From Dehalococcoidia bacterium (GTDB lineage: Bacteria > Chloroflexota > Dehalococcoidia > Dehalococcoidales > W111), in contig DUEU01000062.1 of NCBI GenBank assembly GCA_011191985.1, positions 1 to 56,555 on the forward strand: 56,555 bases of DNA, read 5' to 3'. A program made the translations under genes and the position numbers. Positions 42,983 through 52,963 of this stretch are shown piece after piece. Position 1 is the stretch's first letter, and every line of letters starts with the position of its first letter. The notes under the pieces were generated by a model. That model worked only from the letters and a program-made list of their open reading frames with translations. It had not been told where the DNA came from and did not search any database.

Positions 42983-43891
42983 CTATTTGGCCCTGGGATG
43001 GGATTCTTCATAACTGCGGCGAATGTGGTCCGAGGTAAGATGGGTATATACCTGCGTGGTGGAAATATTAGCATGTCCCAGAAGTTCCTGAACAGAACGC
43101 AGGTCGGCCCCACCGCTCAACATGTGAGTGGCGAAGCTATGTCTCAAGGTATGAGGCGTAATTTCAACCGACAGATTGGCCGCTTTGGCGTACTCCTTTA
43201 TCTTCTGCCAGAAACCCTGCCGCGTCAGCCGCTCCCCACGGCGGTTAAGAAACATGGCCTTTTCATCGGTGGTATGCGCCATTTGCGGACGCGTCTCCTC
43301 GAGATATTTCGCTACGGACAGGGCCGCCGATTTATGAATCGGAATAAGCCGCTCTTTATGTCCTTTGCCAAAGCAGCGGACATAACCTTCCGTGGTATTA
43401 ACGTCTCCTACGTCCAGAGCTATCAGTTCGCTTACCCTCATGCCGCTGGCGTAAAGCAACTGCAGCATCGCCTCGTCCCGTTTGGCCTCCAGCGTTGACT
43501 GCTTGGCCGGCTGCTCCAGCAAACGTCGCACCTCGCTTATGGAAATGGGTTTGGGTAATGATTTGCCCACCGCTGGTGAATGAATATTGACGGTGGGGTT
43601 TTCCCTTATCCTGCCCTCGGCAGCCATAAAGGCAAAGAAAGTCTTGGCCGCGGCCACCTTCCGGCTCATGGTAGTGGCTGCATAGTTCCTCTCCTTCAGG
43701 TTGAGCAAATGGCTGAGCATCTCCTCCCGGCCAAAACCGCCCCAAGATGCGCTCTTTCCCCGACGGGCAGCCTCTCCCTCGGCAAAATCAGCCATCTGAT
43801 TGAGGTCATTACGGTAAGCCTCTATGGTATTCTCGGAAAAGCCCTTCTCCACCCTGAGATAATTCAGAAAGTTCTCAATAGCCTCTCTCAC
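42983..43891 (-). CDS. Tyrosine recombinase, XerC/XerD type
   Basis: 302 aa. N-terminal SAM-like domain (FLNYLRVEKGFSENTIEAYRNDL). Catalytic region HTLRHSFATHML...LLGHANISTTQVYTH. Confidence 0.85.
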   Translation of the reverse strand: MREAIENFLNYLRVEKGFSENTIEAYRNDLNQMADFAEGEAARRGKSASWGGFGREEMLSHLLNLKERNYAATTMSRKVAAAKTFFAFMAAEGRIRENPTVNIHSPAVGKSLPKPISISEVRRLLEQPAKQSTLEAKRDEAMLQLLYASGMRVSELIALDVGDVNTTEGYVRCFGKGHKERLIPIHKSAALSVAKYLEETRPQMAHTTDEKAMFLNRRGERLTRQGFWQKIKEYAKAANLSVEITPHTLRHSFATHMLSGGADLRSVQELLGHANISTTQVYTHLTSDHIRRSYEESHPRAK

Positions 43892-43995
43892 CGCGCCTCC
43901 TCACATACCAGATTATGGTACTTTAACATAATACTATATTTTAACATAAATATTTTATCAAGTATACAGGCTATGCTAAAATTAATCTGATACCA

Positions 43996-45822
43996 ATGCG
44001 GAGTATCGGCTTGAAAAACAGCGTCATAACCGAGCAACTGGACAATATGCCCACCGGCCCCGGTGTTTACCTGATGAAGAATACCCAGGGGGATATTCTC
44101 TACGTGGGTAAGGCAGCCAGCCTCCGCCATCGGGTGAGGTCATACTTTGCGCCCGGCCAGAAACTAACCCCCAAGCTGGAAAGGATGGTAGCCCAGGTTA
44201 ATGATATTGACTTCTTCCTTACCGCATCAGAGCACGAGGCACTTATCCTGGAACTGAACCTGATAAAGAGGCATCATCCGCCCTATAATGTGAGGCTCAA
44301 GGACGACAAGACCTTCCCCTATCTCAAGATAGATACTGCTGAGGACTGGCCTCGAGTGCAGGTCACCCGCCGCCTGCTGGAAGATGGGGCACGCTACTTC
44401 GGCCCCTTTGCCAGTGCCCGGTCTTTACGCCAGACCCTGAAAGTAATCAGGAGAGTATTCCCCTTCCGCTCCTGCTCCCGGAATATCACCGGCCGTGATT
44501 CCCGCCCCTGCCTCGAATATTATGTTAATAACTGCCTGGCCCCCTGCATCGGCGCCGTCAGCAGCGAGGAATATAACAAGGTAATAAAAGACCTTATTTT
44601 ATTCTTAGAAGGTAAGCAGGAAAGTGTCCTACGTAAGCTTGAGAACGAAATGCAGCAGACGGCCGAGGCGCTGAACTTTGAAAAGGCGGCCATCCTGAGG
44701 GACCAAGTCCAGGCGGCCAGGGACGTTATTGAAGGCCAGAAAATAGCCATCAAGCTCAGCGGCGAGCAGGATGTTATCGCCCTGGCTAGTGACCGCGACC
44801 AGACCTGTGCCCAGGTCTTCTTCATCCGCGGTGGCAAGCTAATCGGACGGGAGAGTTTCACCCTGCGGGGTACCCGGTACGAAGAGCCGCAAATAATCAT
44901 GACCAGTTTTGTCAAACAGTTCTACGACTCCAGCCCCTATATACCACCGCGGCTGCTGCTTCAGTACCCGCTGGAAGACCGGGCGATTGTTGAGGACTGG
45001 CTGCAGGGCAAGCGGGGAAGCCGGGTCCGTATTCTGGTGCCCCAACGGGGCAGTAAAAAACAGCTGGTCGATATCGCCGTCGAAAACGCCCGGCAGGGTC
45101 TAGAGCAGTCCAGAATAAAACAGCAAAAGACTGTTCTCGAAGCTGCCTTAACCGAAATTCAAAAGGAGCTTGAACTGCCGGCAGTGCCGGCCCGCATCGA
45201 GGGCTACGATATCTCCAACATCCAGGGGACAGCGGCGGCGGGCAGCATGGTGGTCTTCGAGCAGGGCCGTCCGAAACCGGCCCATTACCGCCGCTTCCGT
45301 ATCAAGACCGTATCCGGCGCCAATGACTATGCCATGCTCCAGGAGGTGCTACAGCGCCGCTTCAAGCGGGCCGTCGATGCCGCCAATGGCTGGGCAATCC
45401 GGCCCGACCTTGTCCTTATTGACGGCGGCAAGGGGCAGCTTAATGCCGCCCGAACCGTAATGGAGGCGGCCGGCATCCCCTCAGTGCCAGTTGCCAGCCT
45501 AGCCAAGGAAGACGAGGCGATTTTCTTGCCCCGCCGGGCGCGGCCAATAATCCTACCCCGGCAGTCACCGGGGTTGCAGTTGCTGCAGCGAGTCAGGGAC
45601 GAGGCACACCGTTTCGCCCTGGGTTATCATCACCAGAGGCACACACGGGAGACTTTTGCCTCGGTCCTCGATTCTGTGCCCGGAATCGGTGCCAAACGCA
45701 AACATGCCCTGCTCCGGCGCTTCGGCTCCATTCAGGCCATCCGCGACGCTTCCGTCGCCGAACTGGCCGCCACCGGCGGCATGAACCAAGGCCTGGCCGA
45801 AAAAATAAAGCAGTATGTATAG
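43996..45822 (+). CDS. uvrC: Excinuclease ABC subunit C
   Basis: 608 aa. GIY-YIG motif PGVYLMKNTQGDILYVGKAASLRHRV, a UVR domain, and a C-terminal (HhH)2 region (IPGIGAKRKHALLRRFGS). Confidence 0.9.
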   Translation: MRSIGLKNSVITEQLDNMPTGPGVYLMKNTQGDILYVGKAASLRHRVRSYFAPGQKLTPKLERMVAQVNDIDFFLTASEHEALILELNLIKRHHPPYNVRLKDDKTFPYLKIDTAEDWPRVQVTRRLLEDGARYFGPFASARSLRQTLKVIRRVFPFRSCSRNITGRDSRPCLEYYVNNCLAPCIGAVSSEEYNKVIKDLILFLEGKQESVLRKLENEMQQTAEALNFEKAAILRDQVQAARDVIEGQKIAIKLSGEQDVIALASDRDQTCAQVFFIRGGKLIGRESFTLRGTRYEEPQIIMTSFVKQFYDSSPYIPPRLLLQYPLEDRAIVEDWLQGKRGSRVRILVPQRGSKKQLVDIAVENARQGLEQSRIKQQKTVLEAALTEIQKELELPAVPARIEGYDISNIQGTAAAGSMVVFEQGRPKPAHYRRFRIKTVSGANDYAMLQEVLQRRFKRAVDAANGWAIRPDLVLIDGGKGQLNAARTVMEAAGIPSVPVASLAKEDEAIFLPRRARPIILPRQSPGLQLLQRVRDEAHRFALGYHHQRHTRETFASVLDSVPGIGAKRKHALLRRFGSIQAIRDASVAELAATGGMNQGLAEKIKQYV

Positions 45823-45824
45823 CC

Positions 45825-46772
45825 ATGCCAGCTAATTTACCACCACAATATTTCGAAGCCGAAAAAAGGTACCGGTCGGCGAAAGACAACGACGACAAGA
45901 TTGCCGCCCTGGAGGAAATGCTGGCGATAATGCCCAAGCACAAAGGCACCGACCATCTCAAGGCGGACTTGAGACGGAAAATCGCCAAGCTGACCCAGGA
46001 TTCGGAGAGAAAGTCGGCGACCCAGCGCGCCTCTATGGTTATTGAAAAGGAGGGGGCCGCTCAGGTTATCGTCATCGGTTTGCCCAACGCCGGCAAATCC
46101 CAGCTTATTGCCAGCATGACCGGCGCCTCACCGGTGGTGGCGGAGTACCCCTTTACCACCCACAGCGCCAGCCCAGGTATGATGGACTTCGAGAATATAA
46201 AAATCCAGTTAGTTGATACCCCACCCCTTACCCCCCAGTTTATTGAACCATGGCTACCCAACACGATAAGACGGGCCGACGGCCTGCTGATTGTGGTTGA
46301 CCTGACCGACGCCCCACTAAACCAGATGGAAGCCATCGTGACACAACTGGCGAGCAAGAGAATCGAACTCGGTCAAGATAAGACCAAGACACTTACCGCG
46401 GCCAACAAGGTAGACATGCCGGGCACCGGGGAAAGCTACCAAGCCCTGCAGGCCCGCTATGAAGGCCAAGTACCTCTAGTGGGCATTTCTGCCCGAGAGG
46501 GTACCGGTCTGGAAGAGTTAAGGCGGCGAATCTACGAAATGCTGGATATAATCCGCGTCTATACCAAGACCCCTGGTAACAAGCCGGACCTGACCGATCC
46601 GATAATCCTGGAGCGAGGCAGCACCCTGGCGGACGCAGCGGCCGAGGTGCACAAAGACTTCTCTCACCGGCTGAAGTACGCGCGCATCTGGGGTTCGGGA
46701 AAACACGATGGTATTATGGCCAAGCGAGACCACCTCCTCCAGGACGGTGATATCATAGAACTGCACCTTTAG
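45825..46772 (+). CDS. Obg-superfamily GTPase with a C-terminal TGS domain, DRG-like
   Basis: 315 aa. Motifs: G1 GLPNAGKSQL, G3 DTPP, G4 NKVD. The N-terminal helical segment QYFEAEKRYRSAKDNDDKIAALEEMLAIMPKHKGTDHLKADLRRKIAKL and the TGS tail IRVYTKTPGNKPDLTDPIIL...IWGSGKHDGIMAKRDHLLQDGDIIELH resemble DRG/Rbg proteins (from memory). Confidence 0.75.
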   Translation: MPANLPPQYFEAEKRYRSAKDNDDKIAALEEMLAIMPKHKGTDHLKADLRRKIAKLTQDSERKSATQRASMVIEKEGAAQVIVIGLPNAGKSQLIASMTGASPVVAEYPFTTHSASPGMMDFENIKIQLVDTPPLTPQFIEPWLPNTIRRADGLLIVVDLTDAPLNQMEAIVTQLASKRIELGQDKTKTLTAANKVDMPGTGESYQALQARYEGQVPLVGISAREGTGLEELRRRIYEMLDIIRVYTKTPGNKPDLTDPIILERGSTLADAAAEVHKDFSHRLKYARIWGSGKHDGIMAKRDHLLQDGDIIELHL

Positions 46773-46774
46773 CC

Positions 46775-46808
46775 AGACCGGGACCTCGCCCTCCATCCGG
46801 TCTTTTTA
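46775..46808 (+). terminator. Intrinsic terminator after the GTPase gene
   Basis: AGACCGG (46775-81) pairs with CCGGTCT (46797-803) around a 15-nt loop, followed by TTTTTA. Confidence 0.55.
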
Positions 46809-47624
46809 TAACAGGTACTTCTTTACGGCGGCGGCAACGCCACTGTGATCGACATCAGGGGTAATGTCATCGGCCACCTCCCTGACCTCATCGGGGGCAT
46901 TCTCCATCGCCACCGCCAGCCCGGCAGTAGCAAGCAGCGGGATATCGTTAAGCCCATCCCCGATAGCCATAACCTCAGCTAATTCTATACCAAGGTGGGA
47001 AGTCAGGGCCCGCAACGCCCTTCCCTTGGAGACCTCTGGGTCAACGACATTCATAAAATCAACTGTGGGGTAAGCCGGTGTTTTTGCCCACGAGAAGTTG
47101 AGCCGGCCATCAAAGTGCTCACAGAACTTTTTTGCCCCGGCCGCCTCTTCGGCAGAGGCGGTTATTATTTGCGCCTTAATAATTCGCTCACTGGGTGGTA
47201 TATCATTAAAATTCACCATTGTCGGCTCAAGGTCAAAAAAGCGGCGTCGTATCTCGGTAGCCCATGTCTCCCGCTCAATAAAAAAAGCAGTGGCTGTGAA
47301 AAGCTCAAGATAGATATCGTGGCGACGGGCAAATTCAATCATCTCTGCTACCGTAGGCCTATCAACCGGCCGGGCATAAACCTCCCGGCCCAGCGCCGGG
47401 TCACTGACCAGCGCCCCGTCAAAGAAGATATGATAGCCGTCCAGTGCCAGCTGTTCGATGATTCCCCAGCAGGCCTGTACCGCCCGCCCCGTAGACAAAG
47501 TGACTGCCAACCCTGACCGGCGGACCTCAAGTAACGCCTCCCTGTCCTCAAGAGATATATTGCCACGCCGGTCCACCAGGGTACCATCAATATCTATCAC
47601 CAAAAGCCTGTAGGCACGGAGCAT
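46806..47624 (-). CDS. HAD-superfamily hydrolase, Cof-type (IIB) phosphatase
   Basis: 272 aa. Motif I VIDIDGTLVD, motif IV GDGLNDIPLL. Confidence 0.85.
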   Translation of the reverse strand: MLRAYRLLVIDIDGTLVDRRGNISLEDREALLEVRRSGLAVTLSTGRAVQACWGIIEQLALDGYHIFFDGALVSDPALGREVYARPVDRPTVAEMIEFARRHDIYLELFTATAFFIERETWATEIRRRFFDLEPTMVNFNDIPPSERIIKAQIITASAEEAAGAKKFCEHFDGRLNFSWAKTPAYPTVDFMNVVDPEVSKGRALRALTSHLGIELAEVMAIGDGLNDIPLLATAGLAVAMENAPDEVREVADDITPDVDHSGVAAAVKKYLL

Positions 47625-47864
47625 GTTTGTCCTCCGGTAATTTTCCTGATTACTGTCCTGCTGCTATTTTACCCCATTCCGCTTCTTGGGTATAATAAAT
47701 AATAGCTCTTACAGACCTGATATCAAAATACTGGTATTTTACCGGTATTTCATTAAGCACCGGCCCACCCGGCCAGATTTGAAAATAAAGCGCCTTTTAC
47801 ATTATAAATATAGGGTATCGTACCACCAGAAAGAGCCTCAAACTAGTTTAGAGGAGAGTATGGT

Positions 47865-49130
47865 TTGGCTAAGAAGAAAAAGGCAGTAAAAACCCAGCGA
47901 CAGATGACCCGGCGTCAGCTTTCCCGGTGGCAGCGGCAGAAGCGGCTGCAGCGCCTGTTTATCGGCGTGTTTATCTTCATCGTGGTCGCGATATGTGCCC
48001 TGGTCCTCACCGGCTGGTACACCAATGAATACCGCCCCCTCCAGGAAGAGGTAATCAGGGTGAATGATACCCGGTTCACCATGGACTATTTTGTAAAAGC
48101 GCTCAAATTCTACGGAACCTCTGCTAATGACGTTACCCAACGCGTCCAGGAAAATGAACTCCTAAGACAAGAAGCTATGCACCCGTCCATCGGTATTACT
48201 ATCAGCGATGATGAAGTTACCGAATACATCAACAGTCTCGAGTCTCCTTTAGACAATGAGTACCGCGACTTTATCAGCGCCAATTTATTGCGCGAGAGAC
48301 TGTTCGATGAATACATTGACCCACAGGTGCCAACCGCCGCTGAGCAAAGACACGTCATGGCTATGTTTCTGGAGAGCGAGAGCCAGGCAGTCGATGTCAG
48401 GAGCCGGCTGGAGGCCGGAGAAGACTTTACCACCCTGGCCGGGGAACTATCCTGCGAAGGTCTAACCAAGGCAAACAGCGGTGACCTTGACTGGCATACC
48501 AGGGATATCTTTGATATGTTAACGGAATCAATGAAAACAGATATTCCTATTGAATACGCCTTCAACGCCGAGGCCGGGTCGCTGAGTGAGCCGCTGTACG
48601 ATGCCGATTTAGAGAAAAACATCGGCTACTGGTTGATTAAGGTATTGAGAGAGGAGAACTCCAAAGGCAAGATTTACGCACAGGCCATACTACTGGGCAG
48701 TGAAGAAGAAGCTCTGGAGGTAAGGGCCAGATGGGAGAGCGGCGAGGAAGATTTTGATGAGCTGGCCGACGAGGTCAGCCAATATGACTGGATACGAGAA
48801 GGGCGAGGCGACTTGGGCTGGCTTGAACGCGGGACTGTATCCGACGCTTTTGATGCCTATGCTTTCGACCCGGAGACGGAGTTGGACGTCATCAGCCAGC
48901 CTATAATGGATACGGGCGGAGAGCGGCCTACTAAAGGTGGGTACTGGCTAGTGAGGGTCGTCGATGTAGATGACAACCGCACCATCTCCGATGATGACCG
49001 CAGCATACTCAAATATCAGGTCTGGCAGGACTGGGTACAGTCATTGTTAAATGACCCTGATAATATAGTCGAAAGCTATCTTGACGACGAGAAGATAGAC
49101 TGGGCTATCGCGCATGCCACCGGCAGCTAG
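47865..49130 (+). CDS. Membrane-anchored PpiC/parvulin-type peptidyl-prolyl isomerase (PrsA/SurA-like)
   Basis: 421 aa with a TTG start 6 nt after GAGGAGAG. Basic N-terminus plus a TM helix. Two parvulin-like segments (...ESESQAVDVRSRLEAGEDFTTLAGELS... and ...SEEEALEVRARWESGEEDFDELADEVS...). Confidence 0.75.
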   Translation: MAKKKKAVKTQRQMTRRQLSRWQRQKRLQRLFIGVFIFIVVAICALVLTGWYTNEYRPLQEEVIRVNDTRFTMDYFVKALKFYGTSANDVTQRVQENELLRQEAMHPSIGITISDDEVTEYINSLESPLDNEYRDFISANLLRERLFDEYIDPQVPTAAEQRHVMAMFLESESQAVDVRSRLEAGEDFTTLAGELSCEGLTKANSGDLDWHTRDIFDMLTESMKTDIPIEYAFNAEAGSLSEPLYDADLEKNIGYWLIKVLREENSKGKIYAQAILLGSEEEALEVRARWESGEEDFDELADEVSQYDWIREGRGDLGWLERGTVSDAFDAYAFDPETELDVISQPIMDTGGERPTKGGYWLVRVVDVDDNRTISDDDRSILKYQVWQDWVQSLLNDPDNIVESYLDDEKIDWAIAHATGS

Positions 49131-49209
49131 AAAAAGCGCCTTAAATTTTATGAGATTGCTCTACGATTACTAACCGTTAGCGTTTACCGGCCTTAACGGG
49201 GTATTAATT

Positions 49210-51111
49210 ATGGCGATTATTGGCACCGCCGGTCACATTGACCATGGCAAGTCTGCCCTGATTCAAGCCCTGACCGCTATCGACCCGGACCGCTTGCCCG
49301 AGGAGAAAAGGCGGGAGATGACCATTGACCTGGGTTTTGCCTGGTTACCGCTCTCCTCTGGCGAAGTAGTCGGCATTGTTGACGTGCCGGGACACGAAGA
49401 TTTCATCAGGAATATGATTGCTGGCGTGGGGGGCATAGATGCCGCCATTCTGGTAATCGCCCAGGACGAGGGGTGGATGCCGCAGACAGAGGAGCACCTG
49501 AGGATTCTGGACCTGCTCGGCGTTAAACACGGGATAGTTGCCCTGACCAAGATAGACCTGAACGACGACCCACACTGGCTGGACCTAGTCGAGGAGGAAA
49601 TACGAGACAAAATTCGGGGTACCAGCCTGTCTGACGCCCCGATAGTGAGAGTAAGCGCCCGGCGGGGTACCAACATCGCCGAGCTAAAACAGCGAATTGA
49701 TGAGATGGTCTCGCAGATTCCCCCCAACCGGGATATTGGTAAGCCGCGCCTGCCCATAGACCGCGTCTTCAGCATAAAGGGCAGCGGCGTTGTCATCACC
49801 GGCACCCTGATAGACGGTACCCTGGCCCGAGGGGATGAGATATATATCTTTCCTAAGGGCTTAAGAGCGCGCATCAGAACCGTAGAAAGCTATAAGGAAA
49901 AGCTGGATAGAGCCCAGACGGGAACCAGAGTGGCCCTTAACCTGGCCGGACTGGAAAAAGAAGACCTCGAGCGGGGCGACATTATCTTCGGAGACAAAGG
50001 GCAGGCCAAATCAAGCCGGATTATCGATGTGCAAGTGCAGCTCGTCCCGCAACTGTTCGCTTCCCTCAAGAGCAACACCGAGTACAAAATCTATCTGGGG
50101 ACGAGAGAACTCTCCGGGCAAGTGGTGCTGCTGGGTAGAGAGTACATCAAAGCGGGTGAATCTGGTTTCGCCCAGTTTCGCTTTAAAGAGCCGGTGGCTA
50201 CCCGACTCGGCGAACATTTCATTGTCCGGCGGGTTTCCCCATCACAGACAATCGGCGGCGGTACAGTGCTCGACCCGGCGGCCAGCCGGCACAAATACAA
50301 AAATATTCCCGGCGTCACCCACTCCCTGGAAAGACGCGCCCGCCTGGAAATAGACGACCTCATTCTACTGGAACTGGAGGAGCGTAAATACATCGAAGAG
50401 AAAGACCTGCTGATCGCCAGCCGCTATTCCACGCAGGACGTTGCCCAATGCGCGGAATCGCTAAAGACCGAAAATAAGCTGCTCAGGGCCGGTACCTGGA
50501 TAGTTGACCTTGCCCACTGGCAGAAGATATTGGCCCAGGTGCTGGATATCCTGGCCCAGGAACACACACTGCATCCCCTGGAAAAGGGACTGCCCCAGGC
50601 AGAACTGGAGAGCCGCCTGCGTCTTCCTAAGGCACTGTTCGGCCACCTGATTACCGCCCTCATTGAATCAGGCAAGATAGCCCGTCAAGAAAGCACTATC
50701 GCCCTGTTGACACACCGGCCGTCCCTTGCCCCGCAACAGGAGAAGCTGGTGGCCGATATTCTGAAAATGCTTAAGGCAGAGCCGGCGAATCCGCCAACGC
50801 GGAAGGAGATATTAGCTTCCCTGCCCGGCAGCGAAACGGTAATCAGGTACCTGTACCAGCAAGGCCTGGCCGTGGAACTGCCGGACGGGCTGCTATTCGA
50901 ACGCCAATACTACGAAAAAGCTAAAGATAAAGTAATCGTCTTCCTGGAAAAGAACGGGACCATCACCATCCAGCAGGTGCGAGACCTGCTGGGTTTCAGC
51001 CGTAAATATATTATCCCGCTATTGAACAAGCTTGAGGAGGAAGGTATCATCCGTCGCCGGGGGGAGGAAAGGGTTCTGATTAGGAAACAGGCCCAACCAG
51101 AAGGGGAATAG
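49210..51111 (+). CDS. selB: Selenocysteine-specific translation elongation factor
   Basis: 633 aa. Motifs: GHIDHGKSALI, DVPGHEDF, TKIDL. EF-Tu-like domains II/III plus a C-terminal winged-helix extension of roughly 290 aa. Confidence 0.9.
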   Translation: MAIIGTAGHIDHGKSALIQALTAIDPDRLPEEKRREMTIDLGFAWLPLSSGEVVGIVDVPGHEDFIRNMIAGVGGIDAAILVIAQDEGWMPQTEEHLRILDLLGVKHGIVALTKIDLNDDPHWLDLVEEEIRDKIRGTSLSDAPIVRVSARRGTNIAELKQRIDEMVSQIPPNRDIGKPRLPIDRVFSIKGSGVVITGTLIDGTLARGDEIYIFPKGLRARIRTVESYKEKLDRAQTGTRVALNLAGLEKEDLERGDIIFGDKGQAKSSRIIDVQVQLVPQLFASLKSNTEYKIYLGTRELSGQVVLLGREYIKAGESGFAQFRFKEPVATRLGEHFIVRRVSPSQTIGGGTVLDPAASRHKYKNIPGVTHSLERRARLEIDDLILLELEERKYIEEKDLLIASRYSTQDVAQCAESLKTENKLLRAGTWIVDLAHWQKILAQVLDILAQEHTLHPLEKGLPQAELESRLRLPKALFGHLITALIESGKIARQESTIALLTHRPSLAPQQEKLVADILKMLKAEPANPPTRKEILASLPGSETVIRYLYQQGLAVELPDGLLFERQYYEKAKDKVIVFLEKNGTITIQQVRDLLGFSRKYIIPLLNKLEEEGIIRRRGEERVLIRKQAQPEGE

Positions 51112-51120
51112 AGAACCATT

Positions 51121-51807
51121 GTGGAAGAGGTCACACTATTAATCGCCTTTGGTGCTGGGCTGGCATCCTTTGGTTCCCCCTGTGTCATGCCCCTGGTGCC
51201 CGTATATCTTGCCAGCCTGAGTGGCCTGGAGATATTCGAGGCCGGCACAAAGGTGAGCCGCCTCCCGGTTTTCCTGCACTCACTCAGCTTCGTGGTCGGT
51301 TTTACCGTCGTTTTTACCTTTCTTGGCGCCAGTATCGGACTTCTCGGATTTGCCATCGGCCAATACTTGCCCATCCGCGAGATTACCGGCAGCCTGCTGG
51401 TTACCTTCGGTCTGTTCATGCTGGCTTCCCAGAAGTTTGCCTGGCTCAACTATACCAGGCATTTCACCCCCTCCTTGGGCCGTGCCACCGGCTACCTGCG
51501 CTCTTTCCTTACCGGCAGCCTGATCTCACTCGTTTGGATACCCTGTACAAGCTGGCAACTTGGCAGTATCCTAACCCTCGCCGGGGCTTCGGAGACGGCA
51601 ATCAAGGGTGCCTATCTGCTCGTTGTCTATTCGCTGGGGCTGGGGCTTCCCTTCCTTATCGTCGGGGCCGCCTTTAATTATGTGGCGCCGCTAATCAAGC
51701 GCATTCATCGATACTCCGGTCTAATCTATATGGTCAGCGGTGCACTGCTTATCGCGATAGGCATACTAATCCTTACTAACATCCTACACTGGCTTATACC
51801 GGCTTAG
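51121..51807 (+). CDS. ccdA: Cytochrome c biogenesis/thiol-disulfide transporter CcdA (DsbD family)
   Basis: 228 aa with a GTG start 9 nt after the selB stop. Motifs: GSPCVMPLVPVYL and IPCTSW. Confidence 0.8.
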   Translation: MEEVTLLIAFGAGLASFGSPCVMPLVPVYLASLSGLEIFEAGTKVSRLPVFLHSLSFVVGFTVVFTFLGASIGLLGFAIGQYLPIREITGSLLVTFGLFMLASQKFAWLNYTRHFTPSLGRATGYLRSFLTGSLISLVWIPCTSWQLGSILTLAGASETAIKGAYLLVVYSLGLGLPFLIVGAAFNYVAPLIKRIHRYSGLIYMVSGALLIAIGILILTNILHWLIPA

Positions 51808-51834
51808 TAAGCTACCTGGGCAATCCGGCCAGAG

Positions 51835-52818
51835 TCAGCCCAGCCCTATCTGCTGCTTGACCTTGGCCAGAGTTTCCTCGGCAACCGGCCGGACCCTATC
51901 AGCACCTTCGTTAAGCAGAGAGTCAATATAGCCCGGTTCGCGGGTCAGTTCCCGGTACCGGGACTGCAAGGGACTCAGACCGGCCACAACTACTTCGGCC
52001 AGCTCTTTCTTGAGGTCTACATAGCCTTTTCCGACAAACCTGGATTCTATCTCCGGTCTGCCGAGACCGGTAAAGCCCTCGTATATCCCCAGCAGGTTAT
52101 AGATACCGGGGCGGCTCTCGTCAAAACACACCTCACGCTGCGAGTCGGTAGTGGCCCGCATGACCTTGGCCCGGATGACGTCGGGGGTATCCAGCAGGTT
52201 GATGGCATGACCGGAACCGGGCTCGCTTTTGCTCATTTTCTGGGTGGGGTCATCGAGGCCCATTACTCGGGCACCAAACTGCGGAATCAATGCCTCCGGT
52301 ATCTTGAAGGTTTCACCATAAATTGAGTTGAAGCGCTGGGAGACATCGCGGGTCAGTTCCACATGCTGCCGCTGGTCTTCGCCCACCGGCACCAGATCGG
52401 CTTCATACAGTAAGATATCCGCCGCCATGAGCGCCGGATAATCGAAAAGGCCCACGCTCACCTGTTCCCGCTGCCGGTGCGATTTTTCCTTGAACTGGGT
52501 CATGCGGTTCATCCACCCCATGGGTATAAAGCAGTTCAGTAGCCAAGCCAGCTCGGCGTGGGCACTAATATGGGACTGGATAAATACTACCGTTATTTTC
52601 GGGTCAATACCAGCGGCAAAGAGAAGACCGGCTACTTCCCTTATCTTTGACTTCAGGGTATTCGGTTCCTGAGCAACCGTGATAGCATGTAGGTCAACAA
52701 TGCAAAAAATATCCTCATACTCAGTCTGTGAGGCGACCCATTGCTTGATAGCGCCCAGGTAGTTGCCAATGTGAATATCACCCGTCGGCTGAATACCGGA
52801 AAACACTCGTTTTTTCAT
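51835..52818 (-). CDS. trpS: Tryptophan--tRNA ligase
   Basis: 327 aa. Motifs: FSGIQPTGDIHIGNYLG (HIGH) and KMSKS. Confidence 0.9.
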   Translation of the reverse strand: MKKRVFSGIQPTGDIHIGNYLGAIKQWVASQTEYEDIFCIVDLHAITVAQEPNTLKSKIREVAGLLFAAGIDPKITVVFIQSHISAHAELAWLLNCFIPMGWMNRMTQFKEKSHRQREQVSVGLFDYPALMAADILLYEADLVPVGEDQRQHVELTRDVSQRFNSIYGETFKIPEALIPQFGARVMGLDDPTQKMSKSEPGSGHAINLLDTPDVIRAKVMRATTDSQREVCFDESRPGIYNLLGIYEGFTGLGRPEIESRFVGKGYVDLKKELAEVVVAGLSPLQSRYRELTREPGYIDSLLNEGADRVRPVAEETLAKVKQQIGLG

Positions 52819-52963
52819 GGCCCTCCCCTGGTCAATAAGGTAACACCGCTATTTTACAATGAAATGGGCGTTTCTGTCTCCCCTCTACGTCAGGTGGCCA
52901 TGCAACGCGGTGTCTCCTTGTCGCACTGGTCGCAGGATGGTAACATAACCACCGAGACCAGCC

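Noticed and set aside
42983-43891. A tyrosine recombinase as a marker of an integrated mobile element.
   Set aside because: Its sequence and length fit housekeeping XerC/XerD. There is no adjacent tRNA, no flanking direct repeats and no phage or plasmid genes. The neighbours are uvrC and pcm.
43922-43948. The direct repeat TTTAACATAA occurring twice (17-nt period) between the xer recombinase and uvrC genes, considered as an SOS or regulator box.
   Set aside because: There is no dyad symmetry and no resemblance to the LexA boxes I know. It is most simply AT-rich overlapping divergent promoter elements.
47860-47862. An ATG 1 nt after the GAGGAGAG SD as the start of the PpiC foldase gene.
   Set aside because: It is out of frame; it terminates after 10 codons as the tail of a spurious 67-aa ORF. 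It is also too close to the SD. The in-frame TTG at 47865 has proper spacing.
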